From Dicyema japonicum (lineage: Eukaryota; Animalia; Dicyemida), in assembly GCA_011109175.1 (NCBI GenBank), contig RDEW01000035.1:510902-574901 (forward strand): a stretch of 64,000 nucleotides of DNA, given 5' to 3'. The translations under genes and the position numbers were made by a program. Shown here in pieces: positions 35,830 through 48,479 of this stretch (positions within the stretch are counted from its first letter, which is position 1; each line of letters starts with the position of its first letter). Under the pieces are notes generated by a model. It saw only the letters and a program-made list of their open reading frames with translations. It searched no databases and had not been told where the DNA came from.

Positions 35830-36037
35830 ATGAATAATAGTACCACAATCATTGAACAGTTAAACCTACTTGAAAGCGCATTAAGCAAATTAGTAAAGGA
35901 ATTCGCCACTTTAAAAGACAGGTAGCTCAAATTAACAGAACAACTATAGTATCACGGAAATAACAAACGAAAACACGCGCCTAAAAGATTTATTGGAATC
36001 AAACATTAAGGTTTTCCAAGATAAATTTAATAATTAA
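35830..36037 (+). CDS. Putative small coiled-coil protein, 2 exons
   Basis: MNNSTTIIEQLNLLESALSKLVKEFATLKDS / ITEITNENTRLKDLLESNIKVFQDKFNN, assuming the intron gtagctcaaattaacagaacaactatag. Confidence 0.4.
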
Positions 36038-36088
36038 TTAAAAATCAATATAATTTTAAGAAATATTAGAACACGTCGAGTTTAACTA

Positions 36089-36801
36089 ATGAAAACGCCA
36101 ACGAGACAGCTAGCCAGTCCCAGCAAAAGGAGGAATGTGGGGTTTCCCCCAGGTTTTCTCCAAATTATTAGATACAGCGACATCTACCAAAATGAGACGA
36201 AAGAGGATGAACCTTTTGAACCAGAAATAAATTCTATCACAAAATGGACGATACCAAAAACATGGGGAACAATTTCTACGACATTCAAAAAAACGTGGTT
36301 TTCGAGAAATCTCGTTTTACCTTTCCGAAAATTGTCCGCAATCAAAACACGGGGATTTCAATGGCAAAAATCTGGTATTCTTAAAATCCATAGACAAGCA
36401 CATTTGGTGACGTTTTTATTTCTGAAATTGACAAAAGCGGGAGATATATCAGAATTACGAATTCCTCGCGACAAAAGGTTGTCCTCAAAAGTTATTTAAA
36501 GACCGTGGACATTGGGAGTTACATCATACAGGAAGTGGTTGATGGAAGTTTGGCTTATCTATTCACTCTACCGTCCCCTCTCAAGTTGAAACCACTCAAG
36601 TCTATGTTTGTATGGGCCAATGACTCCCAACGGATCGCGGAGGCTGGGGATTGCTTGAACAAGGATATTCAACGGTGGATTGCATGTGAGGACTCTGTGT
36701 TTATTCTCTGCCGGGGAGACGGAAAGGTTGCTCAGTTTCCACACCTTAGGCGATGTCCTGGGCTGTGGGACCTGAATGTAACGCAAAACGGAAGGCTGTA
36801 A
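36089..36801 (+). CDS. Hypothetical protein (unidentified, probably multi-exon)
   Basis: Two consecutive ORFs (136 aa and 98 aa) with candidate micro-introns; no family recognised. Confidence 0.35.
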
Positions 36802-37258
36802 GCGCAAGGTCAACCAGAAATGACACAAAACGAGAGTTCAACCGTCCTCAGAGCGGAATTATTCGACTGCCGATGGAAAAAAGCAGTTAGAATTTTAGTT
36901 ACAATTTTATTACTAATTAGCTTTAATTAATATAAATTTGTAAAATTGAAATGAAAAATTAATTTTCATTAATCGTTATTATCACACGGTTGGCAATTTT
37001 TTTTTTGGCAATCCTTTTTACGGCCACACCAACCATCCTGGAAGTGACATTTGACCAAGGATATTCCCATACTAGATGTGAATCGGGCGACTGCGGCACT
37101 TTCGAGAATGAGGACCCTGAAGATAATCTACGATCCCTCGGTAGAAATGTTGGATCCCTTTCCGCTATCCTTTGGTAATTTGTACAACCGGCGTTGACCT
37201 ACACAAGTGAATCCTGGTCAATGGCTATTTCCTGCTCTTCTTAGGGTTAGGTTAGAGG

Positions 37259-37760
37259 TTGGGGTTCAAAGTCAATGAAGATAAAAATGAAATAGCCACT
37301 ATTGAAAGAACGCCAACCCGCTTTAAGGAGAAGTGGAGGAACATCCGAAAACTCGGATCGTTATTTAGTGATTCAGAAGATATCACACGAGGAAAGATAT
37401 TGGCCACAATAGCACTTAAAAAATTACAATCAATTTTGATGAGAAAGAATCAAATTCCTACTAAGATGCGATTACGCTTATATAATGGATTTGTCCGACC
37501 ATCCTCATGTACAACACAGGTACTTAGGGAACATCAAAGAAGGATATGGAACAACTCGAATCGTTTCACAGAGGCCAACTAAGAAAACTCCTTGGATACT
37601 CATGGCCAAAGAAAATCTCAAACAATAAATTATACAGACTGATTGATTGTTGGCACAAGCGAAACCATAAACACTGTTTATTGGCCACGCGGACGTGCAT
37701 CAACTAACTAACCTCCTCCTCTATCCTGAGGCTGTCCGCAATGAACCCAAGAAGTAGTAC
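37259..37760 (+). mobile_element. RTE-like RT C-terminal fragment
   Basis: GFKVNEDK...KLGSL...KMRLRLYNGFVRP. Confidence 0.7.
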
Positions 37761-38039
37761 CGAACGATGAATGTATCTAAAATGGGAGTAGTGGATATCA
37801 GAAGGATTGAAAGAAGATCGGATGAGCCTTGGAGGAAGACCAATAAGCTTGGGTCCTTACTTAAGGACAGTAAGGTCATTGTTCGAAGAAAGACCATATT
37901 TTAAAATTCGTCAACGTGGGAATGCCCGAGGCTGAAGAACTTGGGATATACTCGTTTCACCGAAAATAGAGTAGGACATTGCTCTGACTAAATTGGCCAA
38001 AGAATAATGAAAGTCAGGAGTTATTTTGGAGGGGTATTA

Positions 38040-38460
38040 CTTCTGAGTTCTACCTCATGCCTGGACCCTCCTTCCTTTATTTATTCTCTCAGTTTTTATG
38101 TTTCTGTTTTAGATCTTCGATTTTTTCCTAAAACTGTCGATCCGATCCTCTATAGTCTTGCTAATTAGTACTAGCAGCATATTCTCCTCCTCCTTTAGAC
38201 CATCACTCAGTTTTTTGTTAGAAAGAGCTTAATTGAAGCTCTCCTTGTTTTCTCTAGGAGGGTTAAGATCTTTTTCGGAGAGAAGAACCATCCCTCGCTC
38301 CCATACAGTAGGCTAGGGAGTATAACTCTCTTGAACATGAACAGAAAAGCATCACAGCAAACGCTTCAGATATGACTGAATGAGGTTCATGACCTCTCTA
38401 CTTGCTGTATTAATATCCTATTTTGTTGAAAACTTTTTAATCCACACGAGATATGTTGAA
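38040..38460 (-). mobile_element. Decayed LINE fragment (RTE-like)
   Basis: Minus-strand P.LLYGSE.W-type remnant. Confidence 0.4.
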
Positions 38461-39009
38461 CCTCAAGAAAACATCTTCTTGATATCCGGCCTTATGTAAA
38501 TAATCAGTTCTTGGGAAATATGATCGCTCCCGATATCCCGTTTGGGGCTTTCCCACATCGACAAATAGGGGTGACGATACTAGGAATACACTCAGTTTGT
38601 TACCACCATCCTCGACGTAAGATCACGAAGCCACACTATTCAGACAATAATTCTAAAAAAATCATTGATCATACAATTATTTCTAAGGTATTAAGTTGCT
38701 TATTAACCCTGAAGGTCCAATTAGTTTGGTTACGAAAACAGTAAACTATATCAACGGTCATGGCATCAACCACCGGAAATTTAGTAAACTGCTGATATAT
38801 ATGAATAATCAGTTCAACGATATTCCTTTTTAATACTCCAGTCCGATGGTTATCACTTCACAAAGGTTGTGAAAGTTTTCATTTGTTGAGACCGGAAACA
38901 ATTCTATTTATGGAAATGAAAGGCCAAAACAAAGACGAAATGAAAAGCATATGAAAGCTTACAAATGGAATTATTGGAAATCCAATCTGATTCCATACTT
39001 AAATTTGAA

Positions 39010-41330
39010 TTTCATGCCGTGTGACTCGCCTACGTGGTGGCATCGCCCACTTGAATTGTTGGAAAAGAGTCACAAACTCCCTATCCCACGCAGATGGTGT
39101 CGAATCCTACTCCTTCCCTGTGGAGATGTCGAGGAAAATCCAGGACCAGATTTAGTCATATTACAAATTAACATCAATGCTATCCGAACAAAAATTGCCG
39201 AACTACAACACTTTCTCATAAAACACTCAGTGGATATAGCTCTTTCCTGAGATACCAAACTTAATCCACGGCGATCAACCCCTAACTTTCCGGAAAACTC
39301 CGTTTTCAGACGAGACAGAGGTCAGGGAAAGGAAGGAAGCCTAATTACTCTAATCAGGAAGCATATAATGACCAGAAATATCTCGGACGACATCCCGGAC
39401 CTCTCCCGCCAAGACGACAAACGGGAACAACTAATTATGAGAATTTGCCTACTTTCTCTTTGATTGACAGTTGTCAATATGTACATACTCCCTCCACCGT
39501 CATGCCCCAGGGGCTACCGCCCCGAACTCAACGATTCACTCTGTTGGAACACACGCTAATTGGCGGTGACTTAAATGCGAAGAGTTCTCAATGGCATGCT
39601 GACCAACAACTGAATCAGCGGGGAGCCCTCATATTCGACAGTTTTGACGACTTGATCATTTTCAATAATCAAAGCAAACACACAAGGTCCCCTTTCCGTC
39701 GAAGCGACTCCCCTACTTTACCCGACATTTCTTTGCCGCTCCTTCTCTTGAGGCTGTCATTTCATGAGATGTTATATACGACTTACATACCTACCATAAC
39801 CCGATCTTCATGAGGATCTACAAAAACATAAGTTAATGAACACTCTGAGAACCAATGTGAACTTCTCAAAGGCAATATGGCCTGCCTTCACATATTTTAT
39901 CGAACTACACCTACACCTTCCGGATAGAGAACTTCGGATCTATCGACGCTGCTGTCAAATACCTCAACGAGATTATACTCCGAGTTCGCAAAAGATACAT
40001 TCCGATACTGAAAGGATATCAAAACTGAACAAAGAAATCACTCGGAACATCACGAAACACAGCAAAGAACGTTGGGAACCCTTGCTCAGAAAAGCTACAA
40101 ACAATACTTCCCCCATTGTATTATGTAAATCGATAAGGAGGCTCATGAAGTGCTCTCCACATTTAATTGGACATCGAGAGCCATGTCCAAATCCCAATGA
40201 CATTATGAAGTACAATGTGAATATTAGTCATAAACCATATTCAAAAGACATGGATGTTCGTTCTGGCAATGGTCGAAGGAATAAATCTCCCAACTTTTTT
40301 GACCCTTCAATGGTGCACTCAGTAATCAAGAAAATGAATAACTCGTCGACCCGCGGTTCAGATGACATCTCCATTCTCGAACTGAAACACCTGGACCTTC
40401 CGCGACGGCCGCAATAACACAAGTTTTCAACCTCTCAATAAACGAGATCAAGATTTCGTCAATATGGAAGAAGTCAAGAAAAATAAACCACCAAATTGTC
40501 CGTCTTCCTACCGCCCGGTATCCATCATCTGCGCCTTATCACGAGTGTTAGAAAAACTGGTCCTTCTCAAGATCCGTCCTTTCATAACTCTACCATTTTT
40601 TCTACACGGATTCCGCGAAAGACACTCAACAACAGCTCATCCAACAAAACTGGTTCAATTCATTTCGGACGGCCTGAATACCCCAAATCTACACGAGAGA
40701 ACTGTGCTGGTCTCAGTGGATGTAGAGAAGGCTTTTGACTCATTATTCCGGAAGATCCTTACAGTAAAAATTTTTACGACGTGATCCACCCTAAATTCAA
40801 ATCATGGTTGGCTAACTTCATCAACGGTCGAATGGGCCAAGTGGAGGCAAACAACCAAAATTCAAAACCGCGATACCTTCCAAATGGAGTTCCACAAGGA
40901 TCACGGTTAACACCATTGCTCTTCAACATGTTCCTAACTGACCTCCCATCCCCAACCACCAAAAACACAATTCTTTTATCGTATGCGGATGATCTAGTGG
41001 TTGCCGTGAAACATCGAAGAATCGAGGAGGCGACACGATCTGTGTAAGATCTACTAAACCTGATGGTTCCTGAGGAACCGTCTTAATATATCACCAAAAA
41101 AGTCACATGTAATGACGTTTACCTCAGCACGAAAAGATATACGGACAACACCACGAATAACATTGTATGACTCTCCGCTGAGATATCAAAAATTGTATCC
41201 AAAAAAGATGTCAATCCTCTGGAAGTAGCTCTCACCAAAATTTTAAAGGGTTGCGATTAAATGATTAAATTTCTCCTGGACGACTTGAGAGAGGTTGGAC
41301 ACGACCGTAGAAGGTGAAACCGCTGAGTTT
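39010..41330 (+). mobile_element. Ingi/Vingi-like LINE: 5' structured motif, intact 2A-like peptide, APE and RT (pseudogenised, 3' truncated)
   Basis: RILLLPCGDVEENPGP (motif at 39122-39148), then VILQININAI...DIALS*DT and LIGGDLNA (APE). YRPVSIICALSRVLEKLV, HGFR, VDVEKAFDS, GVPQGSRLTPLLFN and SYADDL (RT). Confidence 0.9.
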
Positions 41331-41374
41331 GACTGACTCCAACGCCGCGCAGATAAAACCATAGCTATTATGGT

Positions 41375-41600
41375 TATATAATAATGGTAGTGGTGACTCG
41401 TTCCACGATTAATGTGGGTTCGATTCCCTCACCGTTACCTACTTTATTGAGGGATATAGTTCTGCTCTGTCTTTGTTGACTACTAAAAGGCGTCATGTGA
41501 CCCGCCTGTCTCAGAAGACACCCAGTGGTTGGCCGGCATCCATAGAGGATCTCTCCTCACTAATCCACTAAAGGGATTCTTACAATGTCGATTTGGATGA
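41375..41600 (+). mobile_element. tRNA-like head followed by a copy of the structured motif (composite SINE-like)
   Basis: B box gggttcgattcc at about 41417-41428, then ggcgtcatgtgacccgcctgtctcag...gacaccc...ggatc. Confidence 0.55.
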
Positions 41601-41679
41601 CTGTGATGCTTTTTATTATTTTATTTATTTGATGCGTTTTAATTAAACATTAATTAACTCGACTTAAATGTGCTCAACA

Positions 41680-43650
41680 TGGTGGTGTCTTGTGGGTCAC
41701 CTAAAAAGGTGTCACCCATTCCGGAAAGGAACGAAAAGAGCCATCAACTTCTCTCCATTTGGGGTTCCCTTTGCCTCCGACTGCATCTGCTGTTATTATT
41801 GTTCTGGACTATTGATATACTATGTGGCAACATTGAAAAAAACCCTGATCCACGCGGAGACTTAATTCTAAAACTAAATACAAATGGAATTAGAAAAAAG
41901 ATTCTGGAACTTCGAGCTCTCCTCTTCGCGAATCGAGCTGATCTTGCTCTCATTCAGGAATTTAAGCTCTCAGCCTCCGCGCAAACTTTTTCTTTCCCGG
42001 TACACAGTGATCCGCAAGGACCGTCAGGGAAGACCAGGTGGAGGACTTCTCACCATCATAAAGAATGGTATACCCTTAATTGACGATAGTCGACGGACCT
42101 CAGAACTTTTGGGTTCAGATGATACCATGGAGCAGATTACCATCAAAATATATCTATTCCCGTCTTTTTGGATTAATTTGATTAACCTACATATTCTGCC
42201 AAAAAGATCCTACCCAAAATCCTACACCCCAAACCTACCCCGTCTCTCAGCACTAAAGAACATTCTAATATGCGACGCCTAAATGGCCAGCACACCGTTT
42301 GGTTTTCTCACAGTCCTCTGACAAACGAGGTGAGTTCATAGCAAATGGTTTTGCTGATATGATTATCCTTAATGACCCTAAATTACACAAGAACCCCATT
42401 GAGGAACATTGTTTGTTGCATCTCTTTCGATTTAACCTATGTTGACCCTCTTTAGCATGACTTGCTACATGGATGTGAATTATGGTTTTTCCAGCGACCA
42501 TAATCCCATCCTTCTTATGTTAAGAGGATTTCGGAGACGCCGGACATTGAGGAGTGAAGCGAATATTTTAAAGAACTATAAAAAGGTCGACTGGTCTGGC
42601 TTCTCTGACTTTGTTGACATGTAATCGGTCAAAGGACTCTCATCCAACATATACGTTCGATAGAAGAAGCCGAAAAAATCATCAGTGTGGCCATGCTGAC
42701 AGCATATTTATTCCTCTCATCATACACGAATTTTATACCCTCTGCGGGTATCTTAGATAACGATCACGATTGCTACCTAACGGAGTACCATTAGCTTTCT
42801 TCGACTTTGTTCAATTATTTCCTTCACGACCTACCGAAATTTTTTGTTATTATCCTACGCAGACGACTTAACAATTTCAACACGCAATAGATCGACGCAA
42901 GTTGCAGTCTCTACTGCCCAGGCGAGAGTAAACAACGTCTATGATTGGTTGACTGCTAACCGACCAACGATTTCTGCCGAAAACTCAATATGTACGCTTT
43001 TCACTTCAGACCGTTGTTTAAAAGAGGATCCAAGGATTTTCATTGGTCTTGTCCTGATACCTCCCTCAATTCTTGGATTAATGTTCGACAGGCTGTTGAA
43101 TTTCAACTCCCATGGGAAGAAATTCCTCACTAAAGGCCTGCAGAAGTTGAACGTTGTACGCCCGCTTGTCCGTAGGACTCCTTTGAATATGGATGCTTAC
43201 GTTGCAACACTCTACTGTCAAACTATCGTCCGGCTGTAGAGAATGCCTTTTGCACGGAGATTAGCTTTTCGAGACTACGCTCCACAGACTCACTTCAATA
43301 TACAGAAAAACTATTCATATGATGGGCCCACATACATGATCAATGGTTAATCCTCTATTCACGGAAGCTACGACCGTAGTCGCGGGACCGGATTCCTTCG
43401 GATCTGTGAGGAGGATGGAAACCCACTTAGCCTGTCTTTTTCAAAATAAAAGAAAGTCGATTTGTTAGGAAGTTTCCCTCCCCAATCGGATTCCTCTGCA
43501 GGGATGAGGAAGGCTCTTTCGTATGGTAGTGGAACAATGGGAGACTACAGACGTTGGATGGCTCGTTTGATTGAGGGAACTAGATTATCTAACTATCTGA
43601 CGTTTTTTTGTCTTTCTTTCTCGGTGATCCCGGTGTTCTAAATAAATAAC
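41680..43650 (+). mobile_element. Internally deleted Ingi/Vingi-like LINE with both ends
   Basis: Structured motif at 41680-41743; ILCGNIEKNPDP (degenerate 2A at 41826-41852); APE (LNTNG, ALIQE, INLHILP, SDHNPI); jump to RT (LSYADDL). 3' end cggtgatcccggtg then aaataaataa. Confidence 0.85.
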
Positions 43651-43859
43651 TTGATCTCATTCCAGTATTTTAAGGGTTTATTAAATAAATGAACAAATAC
43701 AAGATAGCGTAGTAGTTAGGACTGAGATTCGGGGATTGATTGGAACAATAAGAGAACAGAGGATACGACGATTTTAGACAAAAGTCACCGAATAATAATC
43801 GTGCAGGTCAAATAAGCATTTTTCATGGAAATTTAATTTTTTTGGTTTTATTTTATTAT

Positions 43860-43990
43860 TAATACAAAACAAACAAAAAGGTAATGCAGCGGCCGCCCTC
43901 ACTGCGTGGCATTCCCTCTCAGGATGGCGAGCGAGATTCGCTCAAATAACCAGCAGCGCTCTAGATGATCTCCTGTCCCTGCAGAAACCT
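43860..43990 (-). mobile_element. Second CRE-like 3' fragment
   Basis: The reverse complement encodes ERCWLFERISLAILRGNA, homologous to 5380-5450. Confidence 0.8.
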
Positions 43991-44618
43991 CATTCCCTAG
44001 ACGATTCAAGAATTCCAGGAACCAGACGTTTCAACCACGAGCGGAAAAAACAAAAAATCATTGGGTATGACCACATACTATGCCCGTTTTGACATCTCGG
44101 CCTAAGGAAAACTAATTATTTCACAGCCAAGAGATATTCAGGCAGCCAAGCTACATTATAAATCAAGATAAATGTCTATCATTAACCAATATTTGAGGTC
44201 AACGTTTTCATGGAAAATTTTTTAATCTCCTTATAGCTTTCCTAGAAATGTAATCTTCCTGTAAAGGTCGCAAATGAAGTTATTCATTCCTCAACCAAAC
44301 TCACTTGTAATAGCCACGAATTGTCTAAGAAATATCCTCAGGTCGTCCACAGAGTGCTTGGAGATGCGAGATACAATGTGTGAGAGATTGATCATGAAAG
44401 AGTAAGTTCATCTGATTTGAGTTTGATGGGTAGACAACGAGTAGTTTAGTGACCCATAAATAACTAATAATGGGCTTTATCCACATAATCCTTGAGAGCC
44501 ATCTACTAATCCCCACTAAGACATAAATAAAAAATAATTATTATAATAAACCAAAGAAAATCAAAATGAAAAACTATATGACAAAAAATTGCTAAGAGAA
44601 GCCCAACAACAAAAGATG

Positions 44619-45721
44619 TTATTGGGAAAAATCATTGGGATCGCTTGGGGCTCGGTTCTTCTTAGGTGGTCGGCGCATAACATATCCGTCGAATGGATTC
44701 CCACGTGGTTCCTGGGCCTCATCTTTGTAAACGTGGTTCCCCGTTTGACATCTAAAACGAGATATATTCACATGTCTACTCATTCTGTTGGGGAATTGCC
44801 GGCAGACCATGGGATCCACCTTCAGCGTTGACTATGGGGGGACGCATAATATCATGGGGATACATCGCCATTGAATACATGAATCTATTGGGGGTCATAA
44901 TAAAGGGATGTCTGGAAACGGTGGAATGAGGAACGAGAGGGACGATGTAATGTTGATATCTTAATAACAAAAAAACATACCGAGGATAAGGCTGGGAAGG
45001 GTTGACGACAGGGGAGGTTCAACAGGCGCAACCTGAGTAGTCTCCGATGAGGGGACCATTACTGGCCTTTCAGCCTGTAGTATGTCGGGTACACGATGAC
45101 GTAGTCGACTCTGAAATGAATAGAACCATTACTCCGTAAGCTTTAAGCTTCATTACACATTCAAGAGCCGTGAGCTTCTCATCAGTGAACAAATGCCACA
45201 TGGTATCAGTCTTTTTTTCAGCTTTCATGCAGTGTTTCGTAGTGACTCCATTTGGGTTCAGAATTAACTCCCATAGTTTCTGAAGTGAACCATTTAGCTT
45301 ACATTTACTGCGTCGACTGCTTTAGGGACCGAGCTCCGTTATATAGGTTAGTCCACTGTTCTTCATTCGTGTGGCAGTGGAATCTAATTTGAGGGAGGTG
45401 GAATCTGGGATTGGTTAAAGAAACAACTTCTAGCAGCGTCGGCAATGTCCTCGACAGTGGCACTGAGAGAAGACATTTTATTGAACTTCTGAATCTCCTC
45501 GATTTTTACATAACCGGCGGTATCCATCAATCCTTTGAGGAATGTGTCCCTAATGAGGTTTTCCCTAAGGTAAACAATCGAACGAACTCTGAGAAGTAGT
45601 ACTCCAGGTAGTATCTAATGGTGTCCATCCTCGTGCGAGTAGACTTTTCGGAAGTATTCGAAGAAGCTACTAATGTAAAGAAAAGGGGGCAACCACTCAT
45701 GGTATCAAGAGATGGGTCCAT
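44619..45721 (-). CDS. La-motif protein (LARP4-like; La module plus Pro-rich tail)
   Basis: Spliced IRYYLEYYFSEENLIRDTFLKGLMDTAGYVKIEEIQKFNKM...DIADAAR.S..L.LD is a La motif. Two 23-nt introns. One extra C near 45326 breaks the frame. Confidence 0.75.
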
Positions 45722-46874
45722 CAGCTCAGATACAAATAAGCCGTACGCGAAAGAAAAAAGCTAGGCGTGTAATTTTGCCTGAAATTTTAAAGTAAAATTA
45801 TTTTAATTTTAATTAATATTTTAATTTTTTATTTTTAATATCAAATGTTTTTCAAAGTTTCAATAATTCTACATTTCCGACATTTATGGATTTAATTAAA
45901 TCAATAAACACCCTTTCGATTTAATGAATTCTCACGAGTAATTTTACTACCAGCAAAATTAAATTCAATTGATAGGCTTTCTTGTTCCCTAATTATCTTA
46001 CAAATGGTGGATTTGTCAGTGGTGACTCTTAATGGTCCCCCACGAGTCTAACTTTCGAGAGACTTTTGCATTAAATGGTAGGCTAGCAGCAATATCATTT
46101 TAAAATTGGGAGATTTGCTAATTTCGAAATTTTATCATTTAAATTAAATAATCGATTATTTAGTGAAATAAGAGGTATTAATTGTATTAAAGTGTTGTTA
46201 CAATATTTTAATTTGGTAGATAAGTCTGAACACGTTAAAGGGGGAGATGATGGCTTGGTCATCCCTGAATGAGCTTCCGATGTTTGATGAAGAGTTCATT
46301 TCTTCCTCCAACCATCCGGCGTGTGGTAGCTCCGAGGATATCCCCAGGAGAGGTGACTGACACGGATGTGGAGGGGGATGAATTGCTAGTTAACTCCACG
46401 TTTATTGAAAATCAAATACTTGTCAAAATGATTAATTTGAATTATCGAATAATATTATTTGTCTCCCATCTCTATTAGATCGATACCATTTCCCTTTAGA
46501 ATGCCTCATAATCTGTCATCCACTGATCAAAGCTTAGTCGGTTTGATGTTCTAATAAAGCGAGCAATTTCTACCAAAACCAAATTTTGGCTTAATGGATA
46601 CTGGAGTCGTTCTCTGGCAATGTCCAAGGCCTCATCACTTATCTATCCTCTTCTTGCTATTGTTCGACGTGTTCTGTCTTGATAAATACCGTCAACAACA
46701 AAAAGTTCGGATTCCCATCCGTGAGGAGTAACTTGAACAAGGGTGACCTGCCTAAAGTCTCACGCATGATCTGTCTTGAGGATTATGGCCCGTATTAATT
46801 TTAACTATATTTTTGAAAATACAATAAAAATAGAAATAACTTTAGATTCAAATCAACAACTTGAATTATTAAAG

Positions 46875-47195
46875 GGCACCACGTGGTGCAACGGAGCTAT
46901 TTGATTGAAGATTTCTGTTTGTTTCTTCTATTCCTCCTCTTCCCTTTTTAATTGAGTAGCATCTGGTGGTCCACCTGTCTCAAGTGGCGCCCAGTGCCAT
47001 GCCAGGGTAGACAAAAATCATTTTTCTTTTCCACTTCACTGGAGGGGTTTCCACAACTGCAGGAAATGGACGTGTTCCACCTTAAAGCTGGTTCAGGCTG
47101 GACTTGTGTAACATATGTTCCTGTAACAGTGGAAATTAGATACACTTAATCATTGGTTAACTGTTAACCTCTTGCGGTGTATCCGGGTAAATTAT
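46875..47195 (+). mobile_element. Short non-autonomous element (SINE-like) with structured 5' motif and LINE-type 3' hairpin
   Basis: Homologous over about 280 nt to 63300-63600. Ends gatacact...ggtgtatccgggtaaat. Confidence 0.8.
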
Positions 47196-47525
47196 CCATT
47201 TCTCTAATTTTAGGGGGATATACAAAATAGTTAAAACCTCCCTAATCCACTACTTTTAGTCCAAGATTTGCCAAATATTCAAAAATAGTCAAAACGGAGT
47301 TCATCTGTCAAAGGAAACAAAAGGCCATCTGTCAGTGATAAACAACTAAGTCACGTGGCTTTAAGGAAATCATAGTGACTAAGAAAGAATCATTGCATGA
47401 TTGGCATTTTTTACAGAATCATAGTCCAATCTAAATACAGAGACTCACCGATCAGAACCATGAGTACAAAAAGGAACCACTCCATCCAACAGTCCATTGA
47501 AGTAGGGGGAAGCTAATAACTTTTT

Positions 47526-47880
47526 AGACTCTTTTCGGATTGGGTGACACCTTTTCAGGTGAACCATATTGGCACCATACTGAAGTTGCACGATGCTTCA
47601 TTTTGGTGCCAAAAACAGGAGTTTATGAACCCCGGAACCTCAAAAAAAGACAAGAGTTATCGTATAAATTAAGTGATCCCCGTGTCCTTACTAGGCTTTC
47701 TTCCGGTTAGTTTTGGAGTCCTGGATTAATCTTCACAAAAGGGAGAGGTTTCTTCTCGCATCTTGGCTGGCTTCCTTGACTTCCGGCCCAAGGGAATTTT
47801 TAGGAAACTGCCATTTAAAGAAAAATTCTCTTTTGCCACTCAGCAGAATTTCTGAAGACTCTGTTCATAAATGGAATTCA
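47526..47880 (-). mobile_element. LINE 3' end followed head-to-tail by a structured 5' motif
   Basis: Reverse complement: gggatcacttaattt...ttccggggttcataaa, then tatggttcacctgaaaaggtgtcacccaatccgaaaagagtc. Confidence 0.6.
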
Positions 47881-48049
47881 GACTTAACCTAGAATCCCAA
47901 ACTTGAGCTTCCAAATTAACTAAGAATATTTGAATGATTATTATTATTAAAAAAGCACTCCCGAGAAAACATAAAATTAGTTAAGTTTCCCTTGTGCTGT
48001 ATTCCGAATCATCCTCTCCGTCAGCTTCGACCATGATCTTCCGTTGCTC

Positions 48050-48450
48050 GCTAGTTCTCTAGGTAGTCCAGGTGTCCGCCATTTCCATTATAATGTCAGA
48101 TGCTGCCCACACTATTGTAACACAGCGAATCAGATCCCAATGTACTGAAAATCCGAAACCATAATGTCGGCAGACCGGTGGGGGGGTAAAAAGGTGGAAT
48201 CTGCCAAACAGTTCTGTTGAATGTACTGTCGTTTTTGTCTCTTGTAGACAGCAGACAGAGATGTCATATTTTGTTATATCGCATGCCAGTTGGTGTTTCC
48301 TGTAAGGTTGTTTAAGTCCTCTATTAAAAGATCCCAGAGTGAACGGAAAAGTCGGTAAGGAATACGAATAAGACATAGTGCAATAGAGGCGTCGTCACCA
48401 CCTCAACCAATAAAAATGATTATCGAAATTTCAAAAACAGTCGACTACAA
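48050..48450 (-). mobile_element. RTE-clade LINE 5' fragment (APE)
   Basis: FTLGSFN...ITKYDISVCCLQETK...YGFGFSV. Confidence 0.8.
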
Positions 48451-48479
48451 AATTTTCCGAATTATTGGGTTGTTTCGAA

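Noticed and set aside
37240-37262. Telomeric TTAGGG/TTAGG repeat
   Set aside because: Only about 2.5 imperfect units; compatible with chance.
48380-48430. HDV-like ribozyme at the RTE 5' leader (also about 7190-7230)
   Set aside because: Only a simple gagg/cctc hairpin is visible; the P2/P3/P4 elements could not be assigned.
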